DNA of 64,000 nucleotides from Botryllus schlosseri. Taxonomy: Eukaryota. How positions within the stretch are numbered: the stretch's first letter is position 1; each line of letters starts with the position of its first letter. Below the pieces are notes generated by a model. It searched no databases and was not told where the DNA came from. It saw only the letters and a program-made list of their open reading frames with translations. Shown one piece after another: positions 53,469-64,000 of the stretch. A program made the position numbers and the translations under genes. The stretch is from NCBI GenBank assembly GCA_051294905.1, contig CM119386.1, positions 16,492,001-16,556,000 on the forward strand. Reading direction: 5' to 3'.

Positions 53469-53984
53469 TAGGGCTGGGCAAAATCGAGTACCTGAGTGAT
53501 TCGATTCTGAATCACGTAATATGCTTCGAGTCGAGTCGAGTAATCGAGTATCACTCATTATGACGTCACAACAGGATGTACTATGTCGAAGTCCAAATAT
53601 GAACCTTTTATGCCACCACAAAGAACGTAATGCCTGTTATCCATCACATTAAAGATACTTTGGTATTTTTTTCGACCATACCGATTTCATTGCACTTCTT
53701 AACAATTTTGGTGGATGATAATGACTTCGGAAATGTGTTATTTCCAGTAACGTTCGTAGCTTTAAACTGTGCCCGGTGTGCTGTAATACGGCCAATCAAG
53801 ATTTCACGGCTTCCTCAGTGGAAAATAATATCAAAACTATAATTCTCGTTGGTAAATTAACTTTCAGTTGCGAGGACCGTATAATTTCAGTACTCGAAAA
53901 AAGCGTCTTTTACTACTCGACTCGAATCATTAAAATTACTACTCGATTCAGATTCGAGTACTCGAATCATTTTGCCCAGCCCTA
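53469..53984. mobile_element. TAGGGCTGGGCA MITE (516 bp)
   Basis: TIR TAGGGCTGGGCAAAAT / ATTTTGCCCAGCCCTA; TSD tttatgat / tttattat (7/8). Confidence 0.9.
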
Positions 53985-54330
53985 TTTATTATTTTATCGC
54001 CTTCAAAAACACCACATTTCCCAATTTGGATCAATTTGTTATGTCCGTTAGTGTGACTCTCTGTATATAGCAACAGGACGTGACATTCAATTGATTTATC
54101 AATTACCCAACCAACCAACCAATAGACCATTTGTTTCTTCATTCTGCCATATCAAGACTTCAAACGAATGCCATACTATGACAAGACGAGTTGAAGATAA
54201 ATTTAAGTCCAGCCCTGTCCTTGCGAAGACTACGAGCTCACCTTGAGCTGTGGTGATACAAGACTAACATTTCACACAATATGACAGCATGTACATCGTA
54301 CATTGTACATTGTGTACAGTCGTACAGTCT

Positions 54331-54510
54331 GCACTAGAACTGTTCAAAAAATAACTTTTTTGAAGATTTCACTGTCGATGTGATAAAATTGCTAGGTTGG
54401 TTGGAATTGAGGCAAAGTTGGTGCGCAGCGTTGTTTTCACCTACCTAAGAATTTTATCACATAGCCAGTGAAATCTGAAAAAAAAGTTTTATTTTGAACA
54501 GCCCTAGTGC
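54331..54510. mobile_element. 180-bp hairpin (foldback) MITE in the last Lmx1 intron
   Basis: About 70-bp imperfect inverted arms (gcactag..ctgttcaaaa…gatttcactg…gtgataaaatt..taggt.ggt and its complement). Homologous to the ends of 60279-60808. Confidence 0.8.
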
Positions 54511-54624
54511 ACACACTTACTTAGTATATCGTTTCTTCAATATCTTACCGTACATCTTCACCTGTTTGAAACCTCAAGTCCGTCAGACGTGACTATCGTT
54601 ATACATCTATGAATCTTGTTGCAG

Positions 54625-55001
54625 GTTTCAATCATGTGGAGAATCCTTACGACGAGTACCCACGTCTATCCCATTCTATCATGGAATCCGCTTACCCTCC
54701 ACTTCCCGACCCCGGATCTCACTCGCCCTCAGAGCTGGAAATCCACAAAATGCTTCACGAACGAATCGGACCTACAATGCAAGACTTGCATCCCGGAGCG
54801 CGCGACGTGATCATCCACCGGAACGAACTGAATGGAACTCATCATTACAACGAAAACATGCACGACCAGTTCGTGACGCAGCATCAGCAGGAGGTTATCA
54901 ACATTTCGAATGAACGATCGCTAGGCGGCACTGTTACCGCGGGCGGCTCGAATCCGATAGATAGCTTGATGTACATGCAGAGTAATTTCTTCAGCACATG
55001 A
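54625..55001 (+). CDS. Lmx1: Lmx1 last coding exon (…GGSNPIDSLMYMQSNFFST*)
   Basis: cttgttgCAG| acceptor (phase 1). The C-terminus matches the Lmx1 NPIDRLYSMQSSYF motif; TGA at 54999-55001. Confidence 0.93.
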
Positions 55002-56034
55002 GAGAATATGTTCCATTATTTATTCTACTACCTTTAAGCGGCGTTTAAATTCAATTACACGCTTCAATACCAAATACACCCTCCCAGTCCGACACGATCC
55101 AATTATTTCAGCATGCAGCAGTGTATGGAAAGGTGCTATTTTGATGCTTACAACACGAACTAGCGAAAGTTCATATACACGCCCTCTGGTATATACATAT
55201 CATGTTCGACAGTTTCCAATATTCGAAAATGTTAAATTATACTTGTTTTGCTCTTAGTAAGTAAAAAACGTGGTCAAAATATGACGTGTAACGTCGCAAA
55301 ACCAAAGTCGTTCCGGTGTTGTTGCCAGTTACTTCATTTCTGATTAGTATCACATATACCTCTATGTCTTAATCCTACGTGGTTTTCAAGATGGTATCGT
55401 GAACTTGTGGAATTCCTAATTGTCATGTCTGTCCATCAGAATTGCTGTATCGCCAATACAGTATGCTGCTAACACACACAGTCTCTGAGAATACTGTGAT
55501 TCCCACAGCGTTCCCCCCTGTTTTAGCCTTCTGGTCGTTTCCGGGATACCTATTGTAATTCTATCGGGCGAACAATGAAAAGCAACAGTAGATATGGTTA
55601 CAATGAATTCTTATTAGTGGCAATTGGTCACTACTCTTACAAAATAGCCGCGTTGTAAATTATAGTCACACGCGGATATTTAATGCGGAGCAGCGTGCGT
55701 ATCGAATTCCCCTTTGTAATGGCGAGAGCATGTGTCCGAACAAAAACGATGTATTGAAACATGCGTCCTTACCAGAATATACAAACGTGGGAATTGTGTT
55801 TCGTGATCACGTTTTCCCCGTTTTGGAAATCAACAAACCGTTGTTCACTTTAGCAGCATATTTGAAGTCATTTCTTTCATGATTCATCAATTTGTGTCTG
55901 TTTTGGATGTGATTTACTGTGTTTACTGTACTGCGGATCATGTTAGGTATTGTCGGGAAAACGGCTGATTTGGCCCGCCGGGTTAAAGATTTCGAATATC
56001 GCGTTGGCGATATCGCGGTAAAACCAAGGTGTAT

Positions 56035-56170
56035 GAAACAAACGTATCAGTTTATAAATAATTTCATCGTTTCAAAATACCACAGGACTGCGATACAATG
56101 AAAAGACAGGAAGGTATCGAAACGTCTTTCAAATCAGACACTCGTCATCACCACGTCTAATGTCCTTGAA
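56035..56170 (+). repeat. Dispersed repeat family (…cacaagactgcgatacaatgaaaaga.aggaagg..tcgaaac…); other copies 58530-58690 (+), 59770-59962 (-), 61165-61260 (+), 16130-16200 (-)
   Basis: The conserved core is seen directly in five copies. Confidence 0.75.
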
Positions 56171-57705
56171 ATGTCTTTCAGGTACGTCCCTATACCAGAC
56201 CTGTTCACGATTGGTGTGCGGTATATCTGAGCTATAGGTATATTCAGAACAATGTACGAACGTTTCACGTATGCGTGTCATAATCAATAACCTATGGGGC
56301 TTGTTCACAGTAATAGTCTAAAACGGGACGTGATCCAATTTCCTAGTCTTACGGATTACGGTCAATATATATTTAGTGTGACAGATATCTCAATGGCAGG
56401 TCCCAGAACCGCATAACTCATGAGAAATCTCATGTAAATTCAACAAGGCAAGCAAACCCAATTTCACGCTAAAATTAAGCGATGTTCTGAATTTAAAACG
56501 ATAACATGAAATCACATAATTCATTTTGATGTTGATCATCCAACCCTAACGTATTGTTAGAGTGAATTCATATTTATGAAGTCTTTCCTGGTGCCATACC
56601 TTGACCATTTGATCGCGTTAAAGTTATTTTCGACGTGATTTCACTGTATCGTCCTCTCGATTTGGGGAGACCAAAACCGCAACCTAATCAACCCAAGTAA
56701 CTTCGTTTTCGACCCACGATGCTCCTTCAGTTTTATCGATCAATACAAAAATTGTGCCGAGTGACCTCTTTCGTTATTTTACTGTTTTCAATTGTCGCAT
56801 ATACCTGGGTTCCAAAGTGACGTCGTAAACTATAGTAGATTTGAATAATTTTTGTAATTTATCCGGATTTTTCTGCAGTATTTATCACCAATTTATATAT
56901 ATATCGCTGCCGTTACGCTGTCCTCGTCGCTTTTTATAATCGCTAGCGAGCCTTGCTAGGCTGTCAGAAGCTTGTGTTGTACGACATGAAAAAGCGCTGG
57001 TGAGGTGCAGTGTCAAGGAAAATGATGTTCTTGTGTTTCTTGTGTTGGGGTTAGGTGGGTGCATCGCTCGTGATCGTTGTTGCGTATCGGCGGCAACGTG
57101 ACATTTTTTCGGCTGCGCAAGCCAGTTTTACAACAATCGACAATGTAGATGACTAGCCTATGTTATGTTATTTGAATTTGGAATGTCACTTTCAATGGAG
57201 GTCATTTGTCGCCAATGATCAGGAAGGCAATCAGGGTTTAAAAACAAATTATACAAACTTCGTATCAAACTCGGCGGATTAGTAACTTGACCCTATATTT
57301 TCTAACACCCGCTTTAAAAAACTCTTGATGATTTCTCCGGTCAGTAAGTGTTACGACAATTGCCCAATCCAGGCCGTGTTATTTTTGGCATTACCAATAA
57401 TTAGTATTTGTATACTAAAATTAACGATGTAAAACACTGCGTAGTTTTATCTTTCACATGAAATGAAAGCCACAAAACGTGCAGTATCCACTTTGTGTTA
57501 TCAAACATCGATGGGCGTTACTTCTTGGCGACTGAGGAATTTTGCGCTGTGTAAGTGTAGGTTCAATTTTTTATTGATGAAACTATATCCCTATTGTCCA
57601 ACGGGACACAGTCTATCAGTGATTGCACCATATATGCTGACATTTTCATTAACAAGATGAAAGTAAATGTAATTATATATACGCATTGGCCGAAATGTAG
57701 CAGGT

Positions 57706-57837
57706 CGTAAAGATGTTCTTCCTCCCGCACTTTAACAAAGTAATGTAGTTCATGAATATATGGGCCACTGTGATTGTGTCTACGTGGGAAGAACTACACA
57801 GCGTTTACAGGACTGCATGAAACAACATGATGTCCCT
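57706..57837 (+). mobile_element. Penelope-like element GIY-YIG endonuclease remnant
   Basis: RKDVLPPAL*QSNVVHEYMGHCDCVYVGRTTQRLQDCMKQHDVP matches the KDVLP…SNVVYEF.C.CD..YVGRT.QRL..RI.QHVP pattern; one in-frame stop. Confidence 0.75.
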
Positions 57838-58261
57838 AGACTTATCAGAACGCACGCATCACACTCGCAGAAAACCTCACCCTTGACTCATTCCCACCCA
57901 CTCACTGACTCACTTCTTTCAATTTAGAAATAAACCTAATACGCTGCAGATTATACGTGAATTTTTGACTATGCCCGCCAACGAATTTTCTGCTTTTAAT
58001 TTGACCCGCAGGGAAAAATAATTGCCCAGATGCCCACCCCTGATATACAACGTTCTTTCCAATTCTCTACTATAGTTGCTGACGATTACCCCTGACAAGA
58101 GTCAGTCGATAATATCTGGATTCATTTCAATATGAATATACTATACTCAGGGGAGATAGTGTAGAGAGTGTAGTGCATGGTGGCGATAAGTGATTGCCGC
58201 CCCGGTCAGGCTCGATATTTTTTGCCACTGCGGAGGATTTTATACTTCGATTATAGTCCTA

Positions 58262-58525
58262 TCACAACACACGAAACATGTAGTACAAAGCTATGCACGT
58301 TAGTAGAAATGACATAACTGTGAAGTTATGATTAATCCATAGCATTGTCACAAAGTGCAATGAAATAGGTATGGTCGAAAAATCTTTAGGGTGATGTAGA
58401 ACTGGCATGATATGCTTTGGGGTTGAATGAAAGGTACACATTTTATCTTCCCGCATAATTCATATTGTTGTGATGCCATAATGGGTGGTACTCGAATACC
58501 CGATTCGGCTCGAAGCCTAACATCC
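58262..58525 (-). repeat. Reverse internal fragment of the TAGGGCTGGGCA MITE family
   Basis: The reverse complement reads gcttcgagccg…attatggcatca…accatacctatttcattgcactttg, as in 53520-53800. Confidence 0.65.
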
Positions 58526-58791
58526 GATTCAATTCAATTTATTGATAAAATTTTCATCATTTCAATACACAACAAGACTGCGATTCAAGGAAAGATGGGA
58601 AGGTATCGAAACAACTTGGAGTAGTCTTCGAAATCAGACACTCACCTGGCCTAGACGATGTAAAGAGGAGGCATGCACACTGAATGAAAAGTAAAAGAAG
58701 ATGATATAAAAAGACAGGTGACAATTAAAGTGAGGTGTGTGTCGGAAGGCGTGATCGATATGGCAAGTCGTGGTCTGCTAAACTAGGCTAA

Positions 58792-59030
58792 CTAGTATTG
58801 ATTTAGTATAAATTGTTTGTATTTCGATTTGTGTGTGGACATGCTCGATGACTGTCGGATAGCCGACGAAATACTGTTCCACAAATCAAGTCCGACATAT
58901 TTGATAGAGCGATGATCGTTATGTCTACCTACCATATGGTAGTTGGACGACGGACTCGTGGACTTTTGATACCGAGGTAAAGAAGTTATTGAGGTTTTCG
59001 GGACAGTGCCGCAGTGTCGAACTGATACAT
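58792..59030 (-). mobile_element. 3' end of a CR1/L2-clade LINE ORF2
   Basis: RSIKYVGLDLWNSISSAIRQSSSMSTHKSKYKQFILNQY* matches the RSF.Y.G..LWN.LP..IR…S…FK..LK..L C-terminal motif. Confidence 0.75.
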
Positions 59031-59058
59031 AAACTTGGCAATTTCTAGTTTCCGCATA

Positions 59059-59770
59059 CACTGGTCGACATTTTTCAACATTTTTTGTTTGTTTTTTAGA
59101 TCGATTAATTGAGTTTACCTAATTTGACCATGCTGATTCCGAATTTGCCGTCAGAATTCACTCATCACGTCACAATTTTTCGCAAAAATCGAAAAAAAAT
59201 TTGACTAAAATACAGCTGTATTAAGGGCGTTTATGCCCGTTTAGGTCCGCATATGACGCGAAACACATCCTACAAAGATCTTCGCTTACTTTATTGGATT
59301 TGAGGCTTGATTATCTTGAACTAAAACCCTCCAGCTCATCAGGATCCTTAGTATTTCCAAGAAATTTAGATGCAACTTTTGTTGTATTTTTTCCAAATCC
59401 TCCTTCCTAATAAGAAATAGGGGTTTTTGGTGAGTGTTCTGATTTGAGGTCCAGCAAATATACACCCTCTATTGTATTAACTCAAGTTGGAGGTTTATCT
59501 AGACTCCTCCTCGCCTCCTCATCCGCGTCAGCGGTGTCTTACAAAAGCCTAGAGGTGGGCCGTGCTATAAGTCGGCAGTTACGGAAAATAAGAAGAATAT
59601 CGGCCTGGTGTAAATGACGATAGTAGTCGACAAACACCATGAATACCCAGAAAAACAAACTCAAGTGCGCAAAAGTAACAATCTTTTCCACGTCCATGTG
59701 GCTCTCTCCAAACCAAATTGGCACACAAAATGGTAAATATTTTTGTTTTCAAATGCTTCACAGCCTCAAT
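59059..59770 (-). mobile_element. Internally deleted DNA transposon remnant, probably Chapaev (CMC group)
   Basis: Minus-strand motifs in order: VWREPHGRGKDCYFC (about 59665-59710), FP*LP…IARP, an acidic patch, GCIFAGPQIR (59438-59467) and KFLGNTKDPD (59338-59367). A CACTGG terminus lies at 59059. The family name is recalled from these motifs and not verified. Confidence 0.65.
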
Positions 59771-60278
59771 GTCGGTTTATTATTCATTCATTGTGCTGTG
59801 CATACCTCTTCTTTACATCGCCTATAGGCCCAGGTCTGATTTCAGTTTTCTGCTGTCTGATTTCAAAGACTACTCCAAGTCGTTTCGACGCCTTCCTATC
59901 TTTTCATTGTATCGCAGTCTTGTGAAGTTTTGAAAGGAAGAAAATATTAATAAATTGATACTGATATCAAAAACTAGGCCAAGATAATGACTTTTACATA
60001 CTTATAAAAAGTTACTTTAACTTCTACTTGAGTAGAACTTGATGCCGTTACTTCTACTTCTACTTGAGTACCTATGATAAGTATTTTGACCACCTCCAAT
60101 GACGTCACAATGGTTATAGCTATGACCAAACAGCAAGGAATTTTCCGACCTCATGTGAGCTATAGAATTGTTATAACAAACTCCATCAGGGGTCTACGTG
60201 TAGGCCCCGCATTCTTAGCGAAAAGACTGTATATTTCCACCCGTGTACCACCCCTGATATACGGGTGTGAACCTACCC

Positions 60279-60808
60279 GAGAGTTGTTCAAAGATATTTT
60301 TTGCGGCTATTTGATAAAAATGTTAGGTTCGCTAAAAACGTTGCACGTCAAATGTGGCTCAATTCCAACTATAGATGTGAAGCAATAGGACTTATGTTGG
60401 ATTTAATATAAAAAATTAAAAATTTATTTTTTCAATTTTAACCGTCAACCCTAAGAAAACCTATGCATAACATTTTTTGCTTAATTCCAGCCGTTAGAAG
60501 TCAAGTTATTGAAGTAGAAAATTTTGGATTCGAAAAAATATCATCATAGAATTAATGAAACGCTTTTACGGGTTGGAATTGCATCAAATTTACTTTACAT
60601 CGTTTTTGTAGACAACTGGACAATTTCATAGGGTTAACAGTAAAATTTGATTTTTTTTATAATAAATTAAAAGATTTCAAACTCCTATAACTTCCCATCG
60701 ACTGGTTGGAATTGAGCCAAATTTGGTGTACAGCAGTGATTTTGCCAACCTAACAATTGTATCAAATAGATGCGAAAATTTGAAGAAACATTAATTTGAA
60801 CAACCCTG
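60279..60808. mobile_element. 530-bp foldback element with about 225-bp imperfect inverted arms
   Basis: Paired blocks: gagagttgttcaa/ttgaacaaccctg; gttaggtt…tggctcaattccaac/gttggaattgagcca…aacctaac; caattttaaccgtcaaccctaagaaa/tttcatagggttaacagtaaaatttg; aattccagccgttagaag/cttttacgggttggaatt. Confidence 0.8.
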
Positions 60809-61472
60809 ATGTACACCCAAGGCACACAACACCAGGACCTACCTCAGAATTATAACGCGGTATAAATCGAGTACAACAATTTAATCCAAATTGTGCATGC
60901 ACGTATGGAACGTAGGTGGATTTATGACCGCGATATAATTCTTAGTTAGGTTGTATTTTCGTGTATACCACCCTTTTTCTGCCCTTTGGGTGTGGATTGA
61001 CACACATTTCGCAAAGAGGGAGGTCTATCCTGAACACGAATATCAATATCACACATGTCAATATAACTTGCTAACTCTCTGTTGCCAGTTGCCAACTCAA
61101 TTCATCCAAGATAGTATAGAGTACATTTCACTAGTTCACTGCAGTTCATTATAGTTCAGCCTATTAAATAAGTCAAAACCCCGCAGGATTGCGATAAAAT
61201 GAAGAGACAGGAAGGAGTCGAAACGAATTGTGGCTGTGTGTCAATCATATACACCCACCTTCCGGATAGAACTTGCAAATAATATACATGTACAATTGTA
61301 AAATCGAATGACGTAAGAATGGCAAGCGATGAAAATGAAGTGGCATGTGTCGATTAGATGAAGTGGTTATGCCGGATTCTGTGATCTCGAGCGCATCAGA
61401 CAAGCATTCATTCGATAGAATCTGCTTCTATTTCGACTTGAATGTGGACAGACGTGTCGTATGAATAATATA

Positions 61473-61510
61473 CAGCCTAGCATCGTTGGATATGCAGCCT
61501 AGCATCGTTC
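61473..61510. repeat. Short direct duplication cagcctagcatcgtt x2
   Basis: Seen directly, 22-bp period. Confidence 0.75.
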
Positions 61511-62289
61511 AAATGTCTCTCTGGTAATCTGACAGCAGGCTGAACCAGACTGCGCAGGAACTAACTCTAATGACATCAGCCATCCGGTTAGTAATTCAAA
61601 CCATAGAGTATGTACGTACTAAGAGCACCGCCTTGTTTACGTCTCAGGTCTCATAAGGCGGGAAGCGTTGGATATGATTGGAGACTATATCTTCGTGATC
61701 TCGAAATAACGCTGCGGGCAATGCGAAGTTCAAACGCATAAAACAGGGCATTTACTATGAATTTTCTCTATTATTTTGGAGAAGCTTTGAAGTGACCAAG
61801 CACGGTTATTTATGAATGTGTATACCCTTTAAAAATCAAACAAACAAAAAAGACACGATCGCGGTTTTTAAATTGGCACCATTCCTCGGTTTACTACTTC
61901 AGCGGTTTGACTCGATGCAATTGCTTCCCGCGAATATTATTAACCGACAACGACAGAAATTGGATGCGCCTTGTAGCGAAAGAAGGGGTTCCATCCGGTA
62001 TGAACGGCATTACTGCAGTCACTCCATATATTCTTGGAAAGTATGTGAAATAACATATTCCCAAGTGTAATGCAGTCTGCTTCCCCTCCCACTCCTTTTT
62101 GATGGTATACGGATATGTCTCGGGAAAGTATGGCGGATCAACAACAATGCCTTTTCTAGTTTTGCATAGTCGACCAGAATGCGAGTTTTGAATTTGATAT
62201 AGGTGTCACGAGATATGGAGACGAGTGTAAATATATCAAGTACAAGACCAGACTGACTCAATTCATATATCAACTCGATTAGGGAGCCT

Positions 62290-63495
62290 GGGTAGGTGTG
62301 AACCTGCTGTGTACCTTTTTCATGTGATACATTTTTTCACGTAATTATAACGTATTCGGTCGAAATTCTTTGCATTTCAACTTCGGGCCACTTTCCGCAT
62401 GCAGCTGGCAGCACGAAAAAAATCCAGCACTACACGAGCATGGACCTTGTCATTTTTAAAAACTATTTGTTCGAAAGTTTGGTCGGAATATTCAGCTTTC
62501 CGTTTGTGAATATTTAGTTACTCTCTGCTGCCATGTGAGCTTAGCCCGCAAACACACAATAGCAAGAACAAAACACACTACATGTAGGAAGTCAGTGAAT
62601 TGTGCTTAGTCAACCAATGAGTTATTTACATCAACAAATTGACTTAAAGAATGAATCGATGTCTACTGTAAAAATCAATCAGGCGTACGGAATCTATCTC
62701 CATTTGATATTGTTATTGTGTCTTAAAACCAAATCCATCCGATTGGGATGTTGGCTACAGTATAACTTGTTTTTTAAGATAATATCTGGCGCAAGTATAG
62801 AAACAGGTGTTTTACTCTATGAATACATTTGTCCGGTCTCGCCGAGTCCTCGTCGAGCTTATTGGCAAAGCGACTTTATCGAATTATTATAGCATTTGGT
62901 TGTTTCAGTTGGTTCATTGGGCGACGTTTAAAAAATTAGCATGTACTTCAGCATTGTGGCAGAATATGGTAGGAGTCAGACCCCCCTTCCGCATCGGTTA
63001 TTATTAGCTATCTTTCACCGCCGCAAAAGGCTTGCCAGGTCCTGGATTCGGCCATGTCTGTTTTGCATGTGTGCAAGGATAGACTACATCAAAACTAAGT
63101 AATTCTACCGCATGCAGAGACGTGATGATTATCGGGATACGGACTTTTCTGACAAATGCAGTGATTTGATGATGATTGGCACATCTGTACGGAATCATAT
63201 TCTTGCTTGGTACACGGATTTCCATGTTTATTCGTCATTCTCCTTGAAAAAAGTGCAAAATCCAAATAGGGGGGGCCCCGGGCGACCGCCCACCTCGCCC
63301 ACCCCAAAAACCACCACTGGTAGGAGTCATCGCTCGTTATCATACTGTGCAATGTGCATGTATTAATATATAACTTTACGGAAATGTAGGGTTGGAGTGA
63401 GCAATAAGACGTCACAGGTTCACGTTCGCGTTCACACAGAACCTTTGAAAAAGGTTCGTGTTCACACGTACCAGAACCTTTCAGGGGTTCACACC
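62290..63495. mobile_element. Degenerate second copy of the 4321-5273 MITE, interrupted at 62977-63319
   Basis: caggcgtacgg…ttaaaaccaaatcc.t.cgattg.g.tgttggctac and tagggttgga.t.agcaata.gacgtcac…ggttcacacc are shared with the first copy. Outer TIRs eroded. Confidence 0.75.
62977..63319. mobile_element. Nested hAT-type MITE (343 bp)
   Basis: Perfect TSD gtaggagt (62969-62976, 63320-63327); right end …accaccactg, left end CAG degenerate. The host sequence resumes as in 4321-5273. Confidence 0.75.
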
Positions 63496-63641
63496 AAGTA
63501 CAAGACAGTACTGACTCAGGCCATATCATATCTCGGACACGTTGGGTATCGGGCTGAGGTGGCAAGCGTTAAGTTTGTTGAATATAACTCGATTGCTTCA
63601 TCTATATTTCTTCTGTTTTGACCTTTTGCCGCGTTTCGCTA

Positions 63642-63912
63642 TCAGCAATTGCGTCGTATTTGACGTACGAAAATTGCGAATGTAACCGTAGTATATAATA
63701 GCGAAAATAGTTTCACGGCTGAAGGAATTTGTATTGAATCCGACTTTAAAAATTTATTATTGTCATCAAGTGCCGAATCACCGCGATCAGTGAAAGTATC
63801 ATAAACAAAAGCGGGTATTGACACTTCGGGAGCTTTGAAATTAATACAGGCCTTCATTCCACGGATCACATTTTGTAAACGACTCAATACATATGCGGCC
63901 TCATCCCATATT
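63642..63912 (-). CDS. Candidate terminal exon of a neighbouring convergent gene encoding a C-terminally membrane-anchored protein
   Basis: The frame is open from 63923 to the TGA at 63642-63644: IWDEAAYVLSRLQNVIRGMKACINFKAPEVSIPAFVYDTFTDRGDSALDDNNKFLKSDSIQIPSAVKLFSLLYTTVTFAIFVRQIRRNC*. It ends in a hydrophobic segment plus a basic tail. A possible acceptor tatacTAG| precedes 63912. No family recognised. Confidence 0.33.
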
Positions 63913-64000
63913 CTAGTATAGGCTCAGTTTGTTTCTAATTCTGTCGCCTGAGGCGATGATAACTCTTAGCCTGTTATGTTGTTCGCTCGGCAAATTGCCC

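Larger units (their letters stand above)
25313..55001 (+). other. Lmx1: Lmx1-class LIM-homeobox gene locus (11-exon model, 1590-nt CDS, 529 aa; 482 aa if started at ATG 25726)
   Basis: Manual splicing of 25313-25374, 25647-25762, 32296-32478, 32778-32868, 47305-47428, 47999-48119, 49589-49788, 52609-52686, 52745-52829, 53158-53310 and 54625-55001 gives one open frame with all introns GT-AG. It encodes LIM1, LIM2, the homeodomain [60 protein letters not shown] and a C-terminal NPIDSLMYMQSNFFST. The two 5' exons are less certain than the rest. Confidence 0.93.

Noticed and set aside
1-64000. Prokaryotic-type systems (operons, defence islands, rRNA, terminators)
   Set aside because: The window is spliceosomal-intron-containing animal DNA with no long uninterrupted ORFs and no rRNA-like sequence.

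Overview
Eukaryotic, AT-rich animal DNA. It is probably an invertebrate chordate such as an ascidian; this is inferred from gene style and repeat content and is not proven. One gene could be assembled by hand: a + strand Lmx1-class LIM-homeodomain transcription factor with two LIM domains, a homeodomain 52/60 identical to human LMX1B as I recall it, and the conserved C-terminal NPID-x-L-x2-MQ-x2-F motif. Nine exons (32296-55001) join in frame at GT-AG sites. The LIM1 exon has no in-frame ATG upstream of the domain, and two candidate upstream exons (25313-25374, 25647-25762) complete a 529-aa model. Most other interpretable sequence is transposon debris: about 14 non-autonomous hAT elements with terminal inverted repeats (TIRs), most with recognisable 8-bp target-site duplications (TSDs) and several nested; hAT transposase remnants; two probable Chapaev-type remnants; LINE and Penelope remnants; a long foldback element and its miniature; and a tRNA-like Pol III head. 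A possible last exon of a convergent membrane-protein gene lies at the right edge. I found no CRISPR array, no prokaryotic features and no solid evidence of a new biological system. The best leads are the Lmx1 5' architecture, its altered LIM zinc ligands, two independent hAT insertions into the same 16-bp host motif, and the foldback family. All alignments were done by eye and family motifs are recalled from memory, so they need computational confirmation.
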